The notes: generated from the sequence alone by a model not told the origin. Numbered from the stretch's first letter, positions 8,044 to 18,069 are shown. The stretch is DNA of 26,720 nt from a virus (IMGVR_UViG_2734482772_000016:1-26720), one strand, 5' to 3'. A program made the numbers and translations.

Positions 8044-9168
8044 ATGCCGCGTATGAAACTGAAAATTGCGGCGTTAAGCCTCGAAATTACTAAAGCAACC
8101 CACAGCGAAATCCAGCTGTTACCGGCAGGCGAGTTCAGCGCGGTGGATGGTCGCCCACATACCGATGAAGTCGAAAGCGGTAAATGGGTGCTGACTGCTG
8201 AACTGGCCGCGCAGCTTGTCGCACAGGTGGCCGCCCGCGCCACGCCTTTTGTCATTGATTACGAACATCAGACGCTGCGCGCCGTAAACAACGGCAAGCC
8301 CGCACCGGCGGCGGGCTGGTTCAGCCAGGTGGAATGGCGTGAAGGTTCGGGCCTGTATGCCATCGGTGTGGAGTGGACGGAGAACGCGGCGGCCATGATT
8401 GCCGCCGGTGAGTACAAATTTATTTCCCCGGTATTTGGATACAACCGGCGCGGCGAAGTCATCGAACTGTTACACGCCGCACTGACCAATACCCCGGCGC
8501 TGGACGGTATGGACGCGGTCATGCTGGCTGCGGCCAGCCGTCTGGCGAGTCTGTCAACTGAAACGGAGACCACAACAGTGGATGAAGAACTGTTAAACGA
8601 TTTGCTGTCCAGTCTGCGCTGGATGCTTAACCTCCCGGTTACCTCAACGGCGGAAGATATCAAAAACGAGCTGCAAAAGGTCGTTGACATGATTTCGAAC
8701 GGTCAGGGAACGGCGGCGGCATCCGTCAGCCTGCTGGCCCTGCTGAATCAGAAAGACGAGCAAATCGCCAGCCTGTCAGCCAGTGCCTATGACCCGTCAA
8801 AACACATTTCCCTTGCTGCCTTCGAAGAACTTCAGGGGCGTTATGCCGCACTGGCGCAACAGTCCGGTGAGGCCGAAGCCGGGGCACTGATTCAGGCGGC
8901 GCTGTCTGACGGGCGACTGCTTCCGGCACAGGAAGGCTGGGCGAAAGATTACGCCAGCCGCGATATCAACGGCTTTAAGTCCTGGCTGGATAACGCACCG
9001 AAACTTGTTGCGCTCAGTCAGACCCAGACCGGCGGCAAACCACCCAAAACGCCGTCGCCTGCCCCGGCGCAGATTAAAACCGGCGATGACGTCGATGTTG
9101 ATATCGCCATTTGTTCAATGATGGGCGTCGATCCAGAGGATGTCGCCCGTTACGCAGGAGATGAGTAA
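8044..9168 (+). CDS. head maturation protease/scaffold protein (Mu I-like)
   Basis: About 375 aa with an N-terminal protease-like region and a C-terminal Ala/Gln-rich helical scaffold-like region; start set at ATG 8044 (MPRMKLKI) because the longest ORF begins at a GTG inside the repeated motif. Confidence 0.75.
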   Translation: MPRMKLKIAALSLEITKATHSEIQLLPAGEFSAVDGRPHTDEVESGKWVLTAELAAQLVAQVAARATPFVIDYEHQTLRAVNNGKPAPAAGWFSQVEWREGSGLYAIGVEWTENAAAMIAAGEYKFISPVFGYNRRGEVIELLHAALTNTPALDGMDAVMLAAASRLASLSTETETTTVDEELLNDLLSSLRWMLNLPVTSTAEDIKNELQKVVDMISNGQGTAAASVSLLALLNQKDEQIASLSASAYDPSKHISLAAFEELQGRYAALAQQSGEAEAGALIQAALSDGRLLPAQEGWAKDYASRDINGFKSWLDNAPKLVALSQTQTGGKPPKTPSPAPAQIKTGDDVDVDIAICSMMGVDPEDVARYAGDE

Positions 9169-9564
9169 ATGGATCGCAATACCCCCTATCGTGACGGCGA
9201 ACTGAACCCGGTGCCGGTTGCCGCTGCGACCGAAATTTTTGGTGGTCATATGGTGGCCGTTAACGCATCCGGTTATGCCGTTCCGGCCAGTGCCACGGCC
9301 TCACAGATTACGCTGGGCGTGTCTGATGGCTGGGTGGATAACAGCAAGGGCAGTGATGGCGACGCCACCGTTCTAGTGCGTTGCGGCAAAGATTTTCTGA
9401 TGGTGAACAGCACCTCAGACCCGGTCACACAATCGCAGGTCGGCAAGCTGTGCTACGTGGAAGACAGCGTAACCGTGGCAAAAACCGACAACAGCAGCGC
9501 CCGTCCTGTCGCAGGGAAAGTGATCGGCATCTGTGGCGATGGCGTCTGGGTTCATTTCAGTTAA
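9169..9564 (+). CDS. hypothetical capsid-module protein (possibly a decoration or accessory head protein)
   Basis: 131 aa, start abuts the I-like stop (TAAATG), ends just before the major capsid ribosome-binding site; no motif recognised. Confidence 0.45.
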   Translation: MDRNTPYRDGELNPVPVAAATEIFGGHMVAVNASGYAVPASATASQITLGVSDGWVDNSKGSDGDATVLVRCGKDFLMVNSTSDPVTQSQVGKLCYVEDSVTVAKTDNSSARPVAGKVIGICGDGVWVHFS

Positions 9565-9574
9565 GGAGCAAAAC

Positions 9575-10483
9575 GTGTTAGTCAACGTTAAAAACGTCAA
9601 ACAGATTTTTATCAATCTGAAGGCCACCTTCCAGAAAGCCTTCGACCAGTCACCAACTGACTGGCAGAAGGTGGCAATGGAAGTGCCATCAAACGGCAAG
9701 GAAAATGACTACAGCTGGTTAAGTCGTTTCCCGAAAATGCGCGAGTGGATTGGTGACAAGGTCGTTAAATCACTGGCGGCATTTAACTACACCATCCGTA
9801 ACAAGGACTGGGAAGCCACGGTTGAAGTCGATCGTAACGACATCGAGGACGACCAGATTATGGGCTATGCCCTTCAGGCAAAAGGAGCCGGACAGTCGGC
9901 GGCAGAACTCCCGGCAGATATTGTGGCGTCCCTTATCAGTAACGGTTTTACCAATCCCTGTTACGACGGCCAGCCGTTCTTTGATACCGACCACCTGGTC
10001 GCCGGTAAATCGGTGTCCAACAAAGGCACCAAAAAACTCAAAGTTGGCTCGCTTGCCGAAGCGAAAGCCTCCTACGGTGCCGCCAGAACTGCCATGCGTA
10101 GTCTGAAAGATGACGAAGGCGCATCCCTTAAAATTCGCCCGAATCTGCTGGTTGTGCCACCGGCGCTGGAGGATGACGCGAACTACCTGATGACCGCCGA
10201 GAAGTTCCCGGACGGTACGCCGAACCCGTACCGCAATACCGCCGAAGTGCTGGTGATGCCGGAGCTGGCGTCGGATTCTGCGTGGTTCCTGTTTGACACC
10301 ACCAAACCGGTGAAACCGCTGATTTATCAGCTGCGTAAAAAGCCTGTTTTTGTGGAGCAGACGGACTACAACAGCGACAACGTGTTCAAGCGTAAGAAGT
10401 TCCTGTTTGGTGCCGAAGCGCGCTGTAACGGCGGTTACGGCTTCTGGCAGATGGCATTTGGTTCAGATGGTACGACGGAGTAA
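9575..10483 (+). CDS. major capsid protein (Mu T-like)
   Basis: Strong ribosome-binding site AAGGAG (9563..9568) six nt before GTG 9575; about 300 aa in the Mu T position. Confidence 0.8.
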   Translation: MLVNVKNVKQIFINLKATFQKAFDQSPTDWQKVAMEVPSNGKENDYSWLSRFPKMREWIGDKVVKSLAAFNYTIRNKDWEATVEVDRNDIEDDQIMGYALQAKGAGQSAAELPADIVASLISNGFTNPCYDGQPFFDTDHLVAGKSVSNKGTKKLKVGSLAEAKASYGAARTAMRSLKDDEGASLKIRPNLLVVPPALEDDANYLMTAEKFPDGTPNPYRNTAEVLVMPELASDSAWFLFDTTKPVKPLIYQLRKKPVFVEQTDYNSDNVFKRKKFLFGAEARCNGGYGFWQMAFGSDGTTE

Positions 10484-10486
10484 TGC

Positions 10487-10819
10487 ATGGAAAAGGTGAT
10501 TGAAATTACCGCCCGCCGTGAGGGTTTTCGCCGCTGCGGTGTGGCACACAGCGCAACCACGAAGGCATGGCCTGCGGATGCGTTCACCCCGGAACAGCTG
10601 GCGGTGCTGAAGGCTGACCCCATGCTGATTGTGGTCGAACGCGATAAAGCGTCCGGCCAGAACGACGCGGCCCGGGGTAATGAGCTGGCCGCACAGCTGG
10701 ATGCCGAACGCCAGAAAGTTAGCGAACTGACGGCGCAGCTGGAAGAAGAGCGCGGGAAGGTCCGGGAACTGACAGCTGCGCTTAAAGCAGCGCAGAAAGC
10801 GGACAAAAAGGAGAAGTAA
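10487..10819 (+). CDS. hypothetical head-tail module protein (Mu gp35 position) with C-terminal coiled coil
   Basis: 110 aa; C-terminal heptad-like charged repeat (QLDAERQKVSELTAQLEEERGKVRELTAALKAAQKADKKEK). Confidence 0.45.
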   Translation: MEKVIEITARREGFRRCGVAHSATTKAWPADAFTPEQLAVLKADPMLIVVERDKASGQNDAARGNELAAQLDAERQKVSELTAQLEEERGKVRELTAALKAAQKADKKEK

Positions 10820-10822
10820 CCC

Positions 10823-11254
10823 ATGTCTTACGCCACACCGGAACAGTTCATCAGGGCGTTCAGTGAACGCGAGGCGCGCACACTGACGGATGAAAACATG
10901 ACGGGATTCATCGACGAAGAAAAACTGGCTTCCGCGCTTGCGCGCGCCAGTGCCCAGATTGATGGCTATCTGGTGGGGCGTTACCGGACCCCGTGGCCTG
11001 ACAGCCCGGGGATTCTGGTGGGTTACTGCTGCGATATCGCCCGTTATCACCTGGCGACCGATTACCGTATCAGCTCAGAAGAAATTCAGATGCGCTACCG
11101 GGACGCCATCCGCTTTCTGGAGAAAGTCGCGGCAGGACAAATCAACCTCGGGCGGGATACGTCCGGCAGCGTGATCCCGTCATCGTCACAGGTGCGTATC
11201 CGCTCCGGCTCCCGTCAGTTCGGGCGTGAGTCCACGCGGGGAGGTGCATTCTGA
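10823..11254 (+). CDS. Mu gp36-like protein (DUF1320-type), head-tail joining candidate
   Basis: 143 aa in the gp36 position, immediately after the gp35-like gene. Confidence 0.6.
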   Translation: MSYATPEQFIRAFSEREARTLTDENMTGFIDEEKLASALARASAQIDGYLVGRYRTPWPDSPGILVGYCCDIARYHLATDYRISSEEIQMRYRDAIRFLEKVAAGQINLGRDTSGSVIPSSSQVRIRSGSRQFGRESTRGGAF

Positions 11255-11889
11255 TTACTGAAATTGAACGGGCGCTGGTTGAACGTCTGCGTTGTGGTCT
11301 GGGGAAAATGGTGCGGGAAGTCCGCACCTATGCCGGTGAACTGGATGAAGACCCGGGCCGGATTGTTCGCAGCCTTCCGGCAGCCTGGGTGACGTTCGGC
11401 GGCATCGCGAAAACCGAACGCTATTCCACGTCACGCCAGAAATACATTGCCACCGGACGCTTTGTGGTTGTGGTGGGTGATTACAACACCCGCAGCGAAC
11501 AGAGCGCCAGACAGGGAGGCACCGTCCGGGATGAGGTCGGTACAAACCTGCTGGTTGAATCCGTCCGTCGCCTGCTGATCGGTCAGGATTTGGGGCTGGA
11601 GATTGATTATTTCGAACCCGGGCGGGTCAGGACGCTGTTTAACACTGGCGTGGCAGAGCGGGCAATGTCCGTGTTTGCCTGTGAGTTTGATACCCGCTGG
11701 GTGGAGCACGCGCTGGAAAACGGCAAATGGCCGGAGCGCGGTGCAGAAGCGGATATGGCTTTCAACCGTTACCACGGCCGTCTGTCAGACCCTGACCCGG
11801 ATTTACTGCGAATTGGTACGCAATACGGCGCAGATATCTGTGGTCTGGATGAATTAAGAGAGCAACAGCATGAACAAAATGAAGGTTAA
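11251..11889 (+). CDS. Mu gp37-like protein (DUF1834-type); probable non-AUG start (CTG 11251 or ATT 11254)
   Basis: The frame is open from 11230; the first ATG is at 11308, but 19 conserved-looking codons (LITEIERALVERLRCGLGK) and a GGGAGGTG ribosome-binding site (11239..11246) lie upstream and overlap the gp36-like stop. Confidence 0.55.
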   Translation: MITEIERALVERLRCGLGKMVREVRTYAGELDEDPGRIVRSLPAAWVTFGGIAKTERYSTSRQKYIATGRFVVVVGDYNTRSEQSARQGGTVRDEVGTNLLVESVRRLLIGQDLGLEIDYFEPGRVRTLFNTGVAERAMSVFACEFDTRWVEHALENGKWPERGAEADMAFNRYHGRLSDPDPDLLRIGTQYGADICGLDELREQQHEQNEG

Positions 11890-12103
11890 GGCGGCTCCCG
11901 GGATGAAGTTCCCGATGGAGGATAACGCCCGGAAATACATCACCACGGAAGCGGTGATCGTTGAAAACACCGCTTATTACCGGCGCGCTGTTCAGGATGG
12001 TGACCTGATTCTGGTGGCTGAAGAGCCTGAAACGGCAGAACAGGACACCGGACCAGAAAAAGCGAAGGCGAAGAAAGAGAAACAGGTGGGCTCCGATGAG
12101 TGA
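11870..12103 (+). CDS. Mu gp38-like small protein
   Basis: 77 aa with a Lys/Glu-rich tail; overlaps neighbours on both sides, directly upstream of the sheath. Confidence 0.5.
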   Translation: MNKMKVKAAPGMKFPMEDNARKYITTEAVIVENTAYYRRAVQDGDLILVAEEPETAEQDTGPEKAKAKKEKQVGSDE

Positions 12104-13517
12104 AATTCAGTTTGACACCATTTCGGGCAGTATCCGTAAGCCCGGTGTGCATTTTGAGTTTAATACCCGGCTGGCCGTTAACACGTTGCCGGGTAACGAA
12201 CAGCGTGTTCTGGTGATTGGCCCGATGCTGCCTGATGGCACCGCCACCCCCCTGAATGCGGTTTCCGTGTATTCCGAAGACGAAGCGGATTTGTATTTCG
12301 GGGCCGGTTCACTGGCCGCAGCAATGGCGCGCGCGGCCATTAACGCCAACAGCTATCTGCAACTGGATGTTATCGGTATTGCAGACGGTGGTGCAGGAAA
12401 AGCGGCAACAGGCGCAGTTAAAGTCACCGGCACTGCAACCAGCAGCGGTACGCTGTCGGTATGGATTGCTGGCGAGCAGATCGCCATTAATGTGGACGTC
12501 GGGGATGAACCGTCGAAAATCATTCCGGCACTGGTGACGGCAATGACGCAGACGCCATCGCTTCTGGTCACGGGGGAATACAAATCTGACACCTCTCAAC
12601 TGACAGTGACCGCCCGGACCAAAGGTACCTGGGGGAATGATATCACCCTGTCGGTATCCACCACTGCAACCGGCCTTGTAGTGGCTACCACGCCGATGGC
12701 GAGCGGCGAAATGGACCCGGATATTCAGCCCGCACTTGATGCGGTCTTTGCTGCCGGTCACAACATTCTGATTTGTCCGTTCAGTACCACGCCAGCCCTT
12801 GCCGCCCTGAAGCAGCACCTGGAGAAAACCGGGAACGCGATGGAACAGCGTGGCGCGATTGGTTGTGCGGGCTGGACAGGTAGTCTGGGAAACGGGATCA
12901 CCCTGGCAGCCGGTGTGAACAGCGGGCGCGTGTCTGTCCCCTGGTATCGTGGTTCTGTGATGCTTCCTGCTGTGCTGGCCGCCATCTACGGCGCAGTAAT
13001 GGCGAGCGAAGAAGACCCGGCACGCCCGCTGAACTCGCTGGCGCTGTCCGGGCTGGATGTGGTCGCCATGTCACAGCGCGAAAGCCGTAACGAGCAGGAA
13101 AGCGCCCTGCATAACGGCCTGACACCGGTTGAGGTTGGACCGGGTAATACGGTGCAGATTGTGCGTGCGGTCAGTACCTACACAGTGAACGCTCAGGGTG
13201 TGGCTGATGTCTCGTTACTGGATATCACGTCCATCAGAACGCTGGACTACACCCGCAAGGCGTGCCGCGAACGTATCAGCCTTCGCTTCCCGCGTGAAAA
13301 ACTCAGCACCCGAACCATCGCAAAAGTGGAAAGCGAACTGTATGACGTGCTGCTCAAGCTGGAGGAGTCTGAAATTCTGGAGAATGTGGAAGCGAATAAG
13401 GCAAAACTGCGCGTTCAGCGAAACGGGAAAGATGCAAATCGCTTGGACTGCGCGATCCCTGCCGACGTGGTTAACGGCCTGCATGTGTTTGCCGGTCGCA
13501 TCGACATGATTTTGTAA
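12096..13517 (+). CDS. contractile tail sheath protein (Mu L-like)
   Basis: 473 aa directly upstream of the tube gene; size and position fit a sheath. Confidence 0.8.
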   Translation: MSEIQFDTISGSIRKPGVHFEFNTRLAVNTLPGNEQRVLVIGPMLPDGTATPLNAVSVYSEDEADLYFGAGSLAAAMARAAINANSYLQLDVIGIADGGAGKAATGAVKVTGTATSSGTLSVWIAGEQIAINVDVGDEPSKIIPALVTAMTQTPSLLVTGEYKSDTSQLTVTARTKGTWGNDITLSVSTTATGLVVATTPMASGEMDPDIQPALDAVFAAGHNILICPFSTTPALAALKQHLEKTGNAMEQRGAIGCAGWTGSLGNGITLAAGVNSGRVSVPWYRGSVMLPAVLAAIYGAVMASEEDPARPLNSLALSGLDVVAMSQRESRNEQESALHNGLTPVEVGPGNTVQIVRAVSTYTVNAQGVADVSLLDITSIRTLDYTRKACRERISLRFPREKLSTRTIAKVESELYDVLLKLEESEILENVEANKAKLRVQRNGKDANRLDCAIPADVVNGLHVFAGRIDMIL

Positions 13518-13529
13518 GGAGCCTGATAA

Positions 13530-13904
13530 ATGTCCCTGAAAGAATATATCGGCTCGATTGTGTTGGAAATTGACAGCCAGGAAATCGAGATCACCGACCT
13601 TGATGTTCAGATCAACACCGGGCGAAAGCTGGTCAAGACCATGAACAAAACCGGCAGGGCTAAAGGCTTTGCCCGTGGCATTGCCACCTACGAACTGTCC
13701 GTTTCGGCGGTTATTCCTGATACCAACGAGCCGGACTGGGAAAATCTGGAAGGTGTGAAAATCTCGCTGTACCCGCTCAGTAACAGCGGTAAACGCACCT
13801 CTTATCTGGACTGCTTCACAACCGAAGTGGGTGAGAAATACACCGTCGATAATGAAGCGAAAATTGATATCAAAATGGCTGCACTCAGGAAGGTGGAAGG
13901 ATGA
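13530..13904 (+). CDS. tail tube protein (Mu M-like)
   Basis: 124 aa immediately after the sheath gene with a ribosome-binding site (AAGGAG upstream of ATG 13530). Confidence 0.75.
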   Translation: MSLKEYIGSIVLEIDSQEIEITDLDVQINTGRKLVKTMNKTGRAKGFARGIATYELSVSAVIPDTNEPDWENLEGVKISLYPLSNSGKRTSYLDCFTTEVGEKYTVDNEAKIDIKMAALRKVEG

Positions 13905-14284
13905 CGATTATCGCTACACAGACCGGCGAACTGTCCGATGGTCTGGTTTTTAACGGCACCATTCATAAAAACTTTGAGCTGCGTCTGCCGGTCATGCGTG
14001 ATAACGGGCAGGCACTGGAAGAAACTGAAGAACGCTTTCAGACAGTGGACGGCTTCGCGGCGGATTATTACTACCGCTGTGCGGTAATGGCGGCAACGCT
14101 GGTCCGTCTGGGGGATATTCCGCAGGAAGAACTGACGGCGGAGCTGTTGCACGACAACATGACGCCGGAAGATTTTAATATTCTGCTGGCATCACGCAAC
14201 GTCCTGAAGGTAAAGCGGAGCGGCGGGAATCCCGGCTCGCCGGACTCCGGCTCGCAGTCCTTATCCTCGGGCGCTACGGAATAA
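13901..14284 (+). CDS. tail assembly chaperone
   Basis: 127 aa acidic protein between tube and tape measure; ATGA overlap with the tube gene. Confidence 0.55.
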   Translation: MTIIATQTGELSDGLVFNGTIHKNFELRLPVMRDNGQALEETEERFQTVDGFAADYYYRCAVMAATLVRLGDIPQEELTAELLHDNMTPEDFNILLASRNVLKVKRSGGNPGSPDSGSQSLSSGATE

Positions 14285-14298
14285 CCGAAGAACAAATC

Positions 14299-14457
14299 AT
14301 GACCATGAGCCGTCCCGAGCTGGACGGCTGGCTTGCCGCCGTTGACAGGCTGAACGGCGGCGGCTCAGGAAGAAAGGACACCTCACAGACCACCCGCCTG
14401 TCATTTAAATCCCTCAGAAAGAAACGCAGAAAAGGTAAACAGAAAAATGGCCGGTAA
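14299..14457 (+). CDS. possible -1 frame extension of the tail chaperone (or independent small basic ORF)
   Basis: The -1 frame relative to the chaperone is open from 14179 to 14457; it contains an ATG at 14299 and ends with a strongly basic tail (KSLRKKRRKGKQKNGR) overlapping the tape-measure start. Confidence 0.3.
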   Translation: MTMSRPELDGWLAAVDRLNGGGSGRKDTSQTTRLSFKSLRKKRRKGKQKNGR

Positions 14458-16720
14458 TTTCAAAGTTGGCATGACCCTGACTGCGAAGGACGAAGCCTCG
14501 CAGGTTCTGGAAAAGGGACAAAAACAGGTTATCAAAGCCACCGAAGGTGTAACAAAGGCAACCCGGAAGGCAGGCGCAGAGCAGACGCGTACCGGGCAGG
14601 AAAGCGTTAACAGCACGAAAAAGGCGGCAAAAGAGATACAGCGTGCCGCCCGTGCCCGGGAAACGCTCGGTATTCGTGCAGAACGCGAGATCCGGCGTGA
14701 AATTTATCAGACGGTTGCCAGCTATAACCGTCTGGCCCGCGCCGGTTTTGAATCTGCGCAGGAGCAGGAGCGCGCCATGCAGGCCACCCGGGAAAAAGCC
14801 CGGGCACTCAAGCGTGAACTGGATGGCGTCACTCAGGCTCAGATGAAGATGGCGAAAACGCCTGTTATCCCTGAACGGGGGCGTTTTGCGCGTGCGGCTG
14901 CATTTGGCGGGAATGCCGTGACAATAGGTGGTGGTATCGCGGCAGGTGCTGCCATTATGGCGCAGCCGGTCAAAAAGCAGATGAGCTACGAACGCCAGCT
15001 GGCAATGATGGCCAATACCGCCTTCAGTGATGGCGGGCTGGAGGGGCGCAAAGCCGGTCTTGAGCAGATGAAAAGCAGCATCCGTAACGCGGTGACCTAT
15101 GGTGGCGGCACAAAAGAGGATGCAGCCGAAACACTGGATGCCCTGCTGAAAGATGGCGGTATTTCATTTGACACAGCCAGCAAGTGGCTACCTGAACTGA
15201 TGAAATACGCCACGGCTTCTGGTGCATCAGCGACAGACCTGGCTAATGTGATGCTTAAGGGCAAAAAGACCTTTGGATTCCGGGATGAAGATATTTCCAC
15301 TGTCCTGAATATGGCGATTGCGGCAGGAAAAGAAGGCAGCTTTGAACTGAACGATATGGCCCGCTGGTTATCCCAACAAATGGGATCTGCGTCAGCTGCG
15401 GGAATGAAAGGCAAGGATGATTTCGTCAAGATTCTTGCGCTGAATGAAGCCGCCGCGATCACGGCTGGTAGCAGTGATGAAGCAGGGAATAACGTGGTTA
15501 ACCTGCTGGCTAAACTGACCAGCCATGATATTGAAACTGCGGCAAAGAGCATTGATTACAACGGTAAAGGGATTGATTTTTCAGGTACGCTGACTGAAGC
15601 GCGCAAGCATGGGCTGGATCCGATAGACGCGCTTTCCAGCCTGATAGATAAAATCGTTGCCAACGATAAACGCTATCAGGAGTTGCAAAAGAAACTGTCA
15701 TCTGCCCGGGATAAAGGTGAACAGACGGCTGTTTACGATTCGATGGCAAAACTCCTTGAAGGCTTTGGTGTCGGGAAACTGGTTGCAGACCGTCAGGCGT
15801 TGATGGCGTTGTTAGCCTACCGTAACAACCCGGAATACCGTAAGAAGGTTGAAGACGCGATTAATCAGCAACGTACCCTGCCGGAAGGCCAGCGCGCGGG
15901 GGATGTTGATTTCAGATTCATATCCGGCCTCAATGATTTTAAAACCGAACAGGCTAAAAACACGCTTGAATTTTCACAAATGGACAGCATGAAAAAGCTG
16001 GCTGATGCGTCCGGTACTGTGGCCGATGCCATAAGCTGGGCGGGTGAAAAGTTTCCGGGGCTGACCACGGCGGTGGTGGGTGCCACAACTGCGATTGAAG
16101 CGATGACCGCAGCGGCTCTGACATGGGCCGGGATCAAAATCCTGACCGGGGGTAAACCCGGTGGCAAGACTGGCGAGGTTGTTGGTGATGTAATTGAAAA
16201 CACGGTCAAAAAAGGCAAAGGATTTAAATTCCCCGGTATTGCCGGTGGCCTGCTTTCTTTAGGTGGCACTGTTACGGCACTGGCCACCGCAACCAGCCCG
16301 GAGGAAGACGCCGCCGTCGAAGGAAGCGAAGAACGCTGGAAACGCATCCGCGCCCGATACACCCAGGAAGAAATCGACGCAGCCCGCAAAAAATACCAGC
16401 CATGGTGGCAGTTTGGGGAAGGCTATTCCACCGAAAACGAAGAATGGTTGAGGCGCTGGGAGGAAGACAGGAAAAAAGCCGCAGCTGATGCCCTGCCATC
16501 ACCGGCGCAGGTTAACAAAGCCGCAGGAAACATAAAGCCTGAACCGGCATCAACTCAACCCGGACGCATCACCCAGCCGGAATACCTCACGCACTGGGGG
16601 CCACCTGCCAGCCCCATTAATTTCACCACACAACTGGTGCTCGATGGTCAGGTCGTGGCGGAGGCAGTGAACAAATACAACCTTCAGGACGGTAACAGAG
16701 GTACGGGAGGAACTTACTGA
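14447..16720 (+). CDS. tail tape measure protein
   Basis: 757 aa, largely Ala/Lys/Glu-rich helical sequence with a hydrophobic Gly-rich segment; directly downstream of the chaperone. Confidence 0.8.
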   Translation: MAGNFKVGMTLTAKDEASQVLEKGQKQVIKATEGVTKATRKAGAEQTRTGQESVNSTKKAAKEIQRAARARETLGIRAEREIRREIYQTVASYNRLARAGFESAQEQERAMQATREKARALKRELDGVTQAQMKMAKTPVIPERGRFARAAAFGGNAVTIGGGIAAGAAIMAQPVKKQMSYERQLAMMANTAFSDGGLEGRKAGLEQMKSSIRNAVTYGGGTKEDAAETLDALLKDGGISFDTASKWLPELMKYATASGASATDLANVMLKGKKTFGFRDEDISTVLNMAIAAGKEGSFELNDMARWLSQQMGSASAAGMKGKDDFVKILALNEAAAITAGSSDEAGNNVVNLLAKLTSHDIETAAKSIDYNGKGIDFSGTLTEARKHGLDPIDALSSLIDKIVANDKRYQELQKKLSSARDKGEQTAVYDSMAKLLEGFGVGKLVADRQALMALLAYRNNPEYRKKVEDAINQQRTLPEGQRAGDVDFRFISGLNDFKTEQAKNTLEFSQMDSMKKLADASGTVADAISWAGEKFPGLTTAVVGATTAIEAMTAAALTWAGIKILTGGKPGGKTGEVVGDVIENTVKKGKGFKFPGIAGGLLSLGGTVTALATATSPEEDAAVEGSEERWKRIRARYTQEEIDAARKKYQPWWQFGEGYSTENEEWLRRWEEDRKKAAADALPSPAQVNKAAGNIKPEPASTQPGRITQPEYLTHWGPPASPINFTTQLVLDGQVVAEAVNKYNLQDGNRGTGGTY

Positions 16721-18069
16721 TGGGCTGGGCTGAAAACCTGCAAAACGCTTCCTTTCGTGGCGTGCAGTTTGAGGTGCTGAATACTGACGAACAAATCAGC
16801 CGCGACCATGCGGTCTATGAATACCCGTTTGTTGACGGGGCGGATTTGCACGACCTCGGACGCAAGGCGCGACCATTCCGCATGACGGCGTTCCTGTGGG
16901 GCGATGACTATGAATATAAACTCGGAAAACTGACCGCCGCCCTGGACGAAGGCGGCGATGGTGAACTGATTCATCCGGTTTATGGCTCTGTGCCGTCGGT
17001 GATTGTGACCGGCTACAGCATCCGCCATGACGCAGAAAGCCCGGACAGCTGCACCATTGACATGAGTTTTCTGGAAAACCGCACTGGTAGCGCGTTGTTC
17101 AGCACCCCGTTACCGGAGCTGTTCGCGCAACAGTTGTTTGATGAACTGGACACTTTACAGGCGCGGTTAAGTGATTTTTTTGATGCCGTTACTGCACCTT
17201 TAAATACCGTTAACAGCATGATTAAAAAAGCCCAGACAGTGCGTGCCACACTGGTGAATACCCTGCTGTCGTTCAAAAGTGATTTTGTCTCCACTGTCGA
17301 TAATATCGTGTCACTGGCAGGCGAACCCGGAAAATTTATCAATGAACTGGCAGAGGTGCTGGAAATCCACACATCAGATGTCGGGCAACCGGTGCCGGTT
17401 CTGCAACGTGTTGATTCTGCCACCCGGACCGGGTTGGCAGGAGAGACGACCGTCGCCAGTTCTGCGACAGTGATGAACTGCTGGAATAAGGTCATCACTG
17501 ATATGGATGAATTTGTTGCGCTGCCTGTTGCCCTGGTCAGTGGCGATAAAGTACCGGAGGTGGTACTTCCTGCGGATGCCTCGCCAGACGATGTGCAGGA
17601 TGTGAAAGCAGTTTACGCAACACAGGCCGCATCTGAACTGGCCAGTGTTGCAATGGCGATACTGGTTGATGATGCGCAGTCAGAACAGCTGATACCGGCG
17701 GATATCGGGCGACTGGTCGGAGATGTGCGCACCCGCTTACAGGCAGCCATCACGCTGTTCCGTGAACGCTATGAAGGCGAACGCGAACGGATAACCGAAA
17801 CCGCATCACCGCTGGGACTGATGTACCCGGAAATCATTCAGAGCATGAAAAACGTGGCGGCATCCGTGCAGGATGTCGGCCTGCTGGTTCTGTCACGCCG
17901 CCCACCGCTGACGCAGAAACAGGTGCAGGCGGACAGCTGTCTGCTGTTGCTGGCGTGGCAGTGGTACGGTGATTACAGCCGTGCGGCAGAGCTGCAACGT
18001 CTGAACCCGCAGTTGCGTGACCCGAACAACATAACCGCCGGGATGGTGATTAATGCCTACGCAAAATAA
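16720..18069 (+). CDS. Mu gp43/N-like tail protein (DNA circularisation protein N-terminal domain family)
   Basis: 449 aa, TGATG overlap with the tape-measure stop; Mu N position. Confidence 0.65.
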   Translation: MGWAENLQNASFRGVQFEVLNTDEQISRDHAVYEYPFVDGADLHDLGRKARPFRMTAFLWGDDYEYKLGKLTAALDEGGDGELIHPVYGSVPSVIVTGYSIRHDAESPDSCTIDMSFLENRTGSALFSTPLPELFAQQLFDELDTLQARLSDFFDAVTAPLNTVNSMIKKAQTVRATLVNTLLSFKSDFVSTVDNIVSLAGEPGKFINELAEVLEIHTSDVGQPVPVLQRVDSATRTGLAGETTVASSATVMNCWNKVITDMDEFVALPVALVSGDKVPEVVLPADASPDDVQDVKAVYATQAASELASVAMAILVDDAQSEQLIPADIGRLVGDVRTRLQAAITLFRERYEGERERITETASPLGLMYPEIIQSMKNVAASVQDVGLLVLSRRPPLTQKQVQADSCLLLLAWQWYGDYSRAAELQRLNPQLRDPNNITAGMVINAYAK

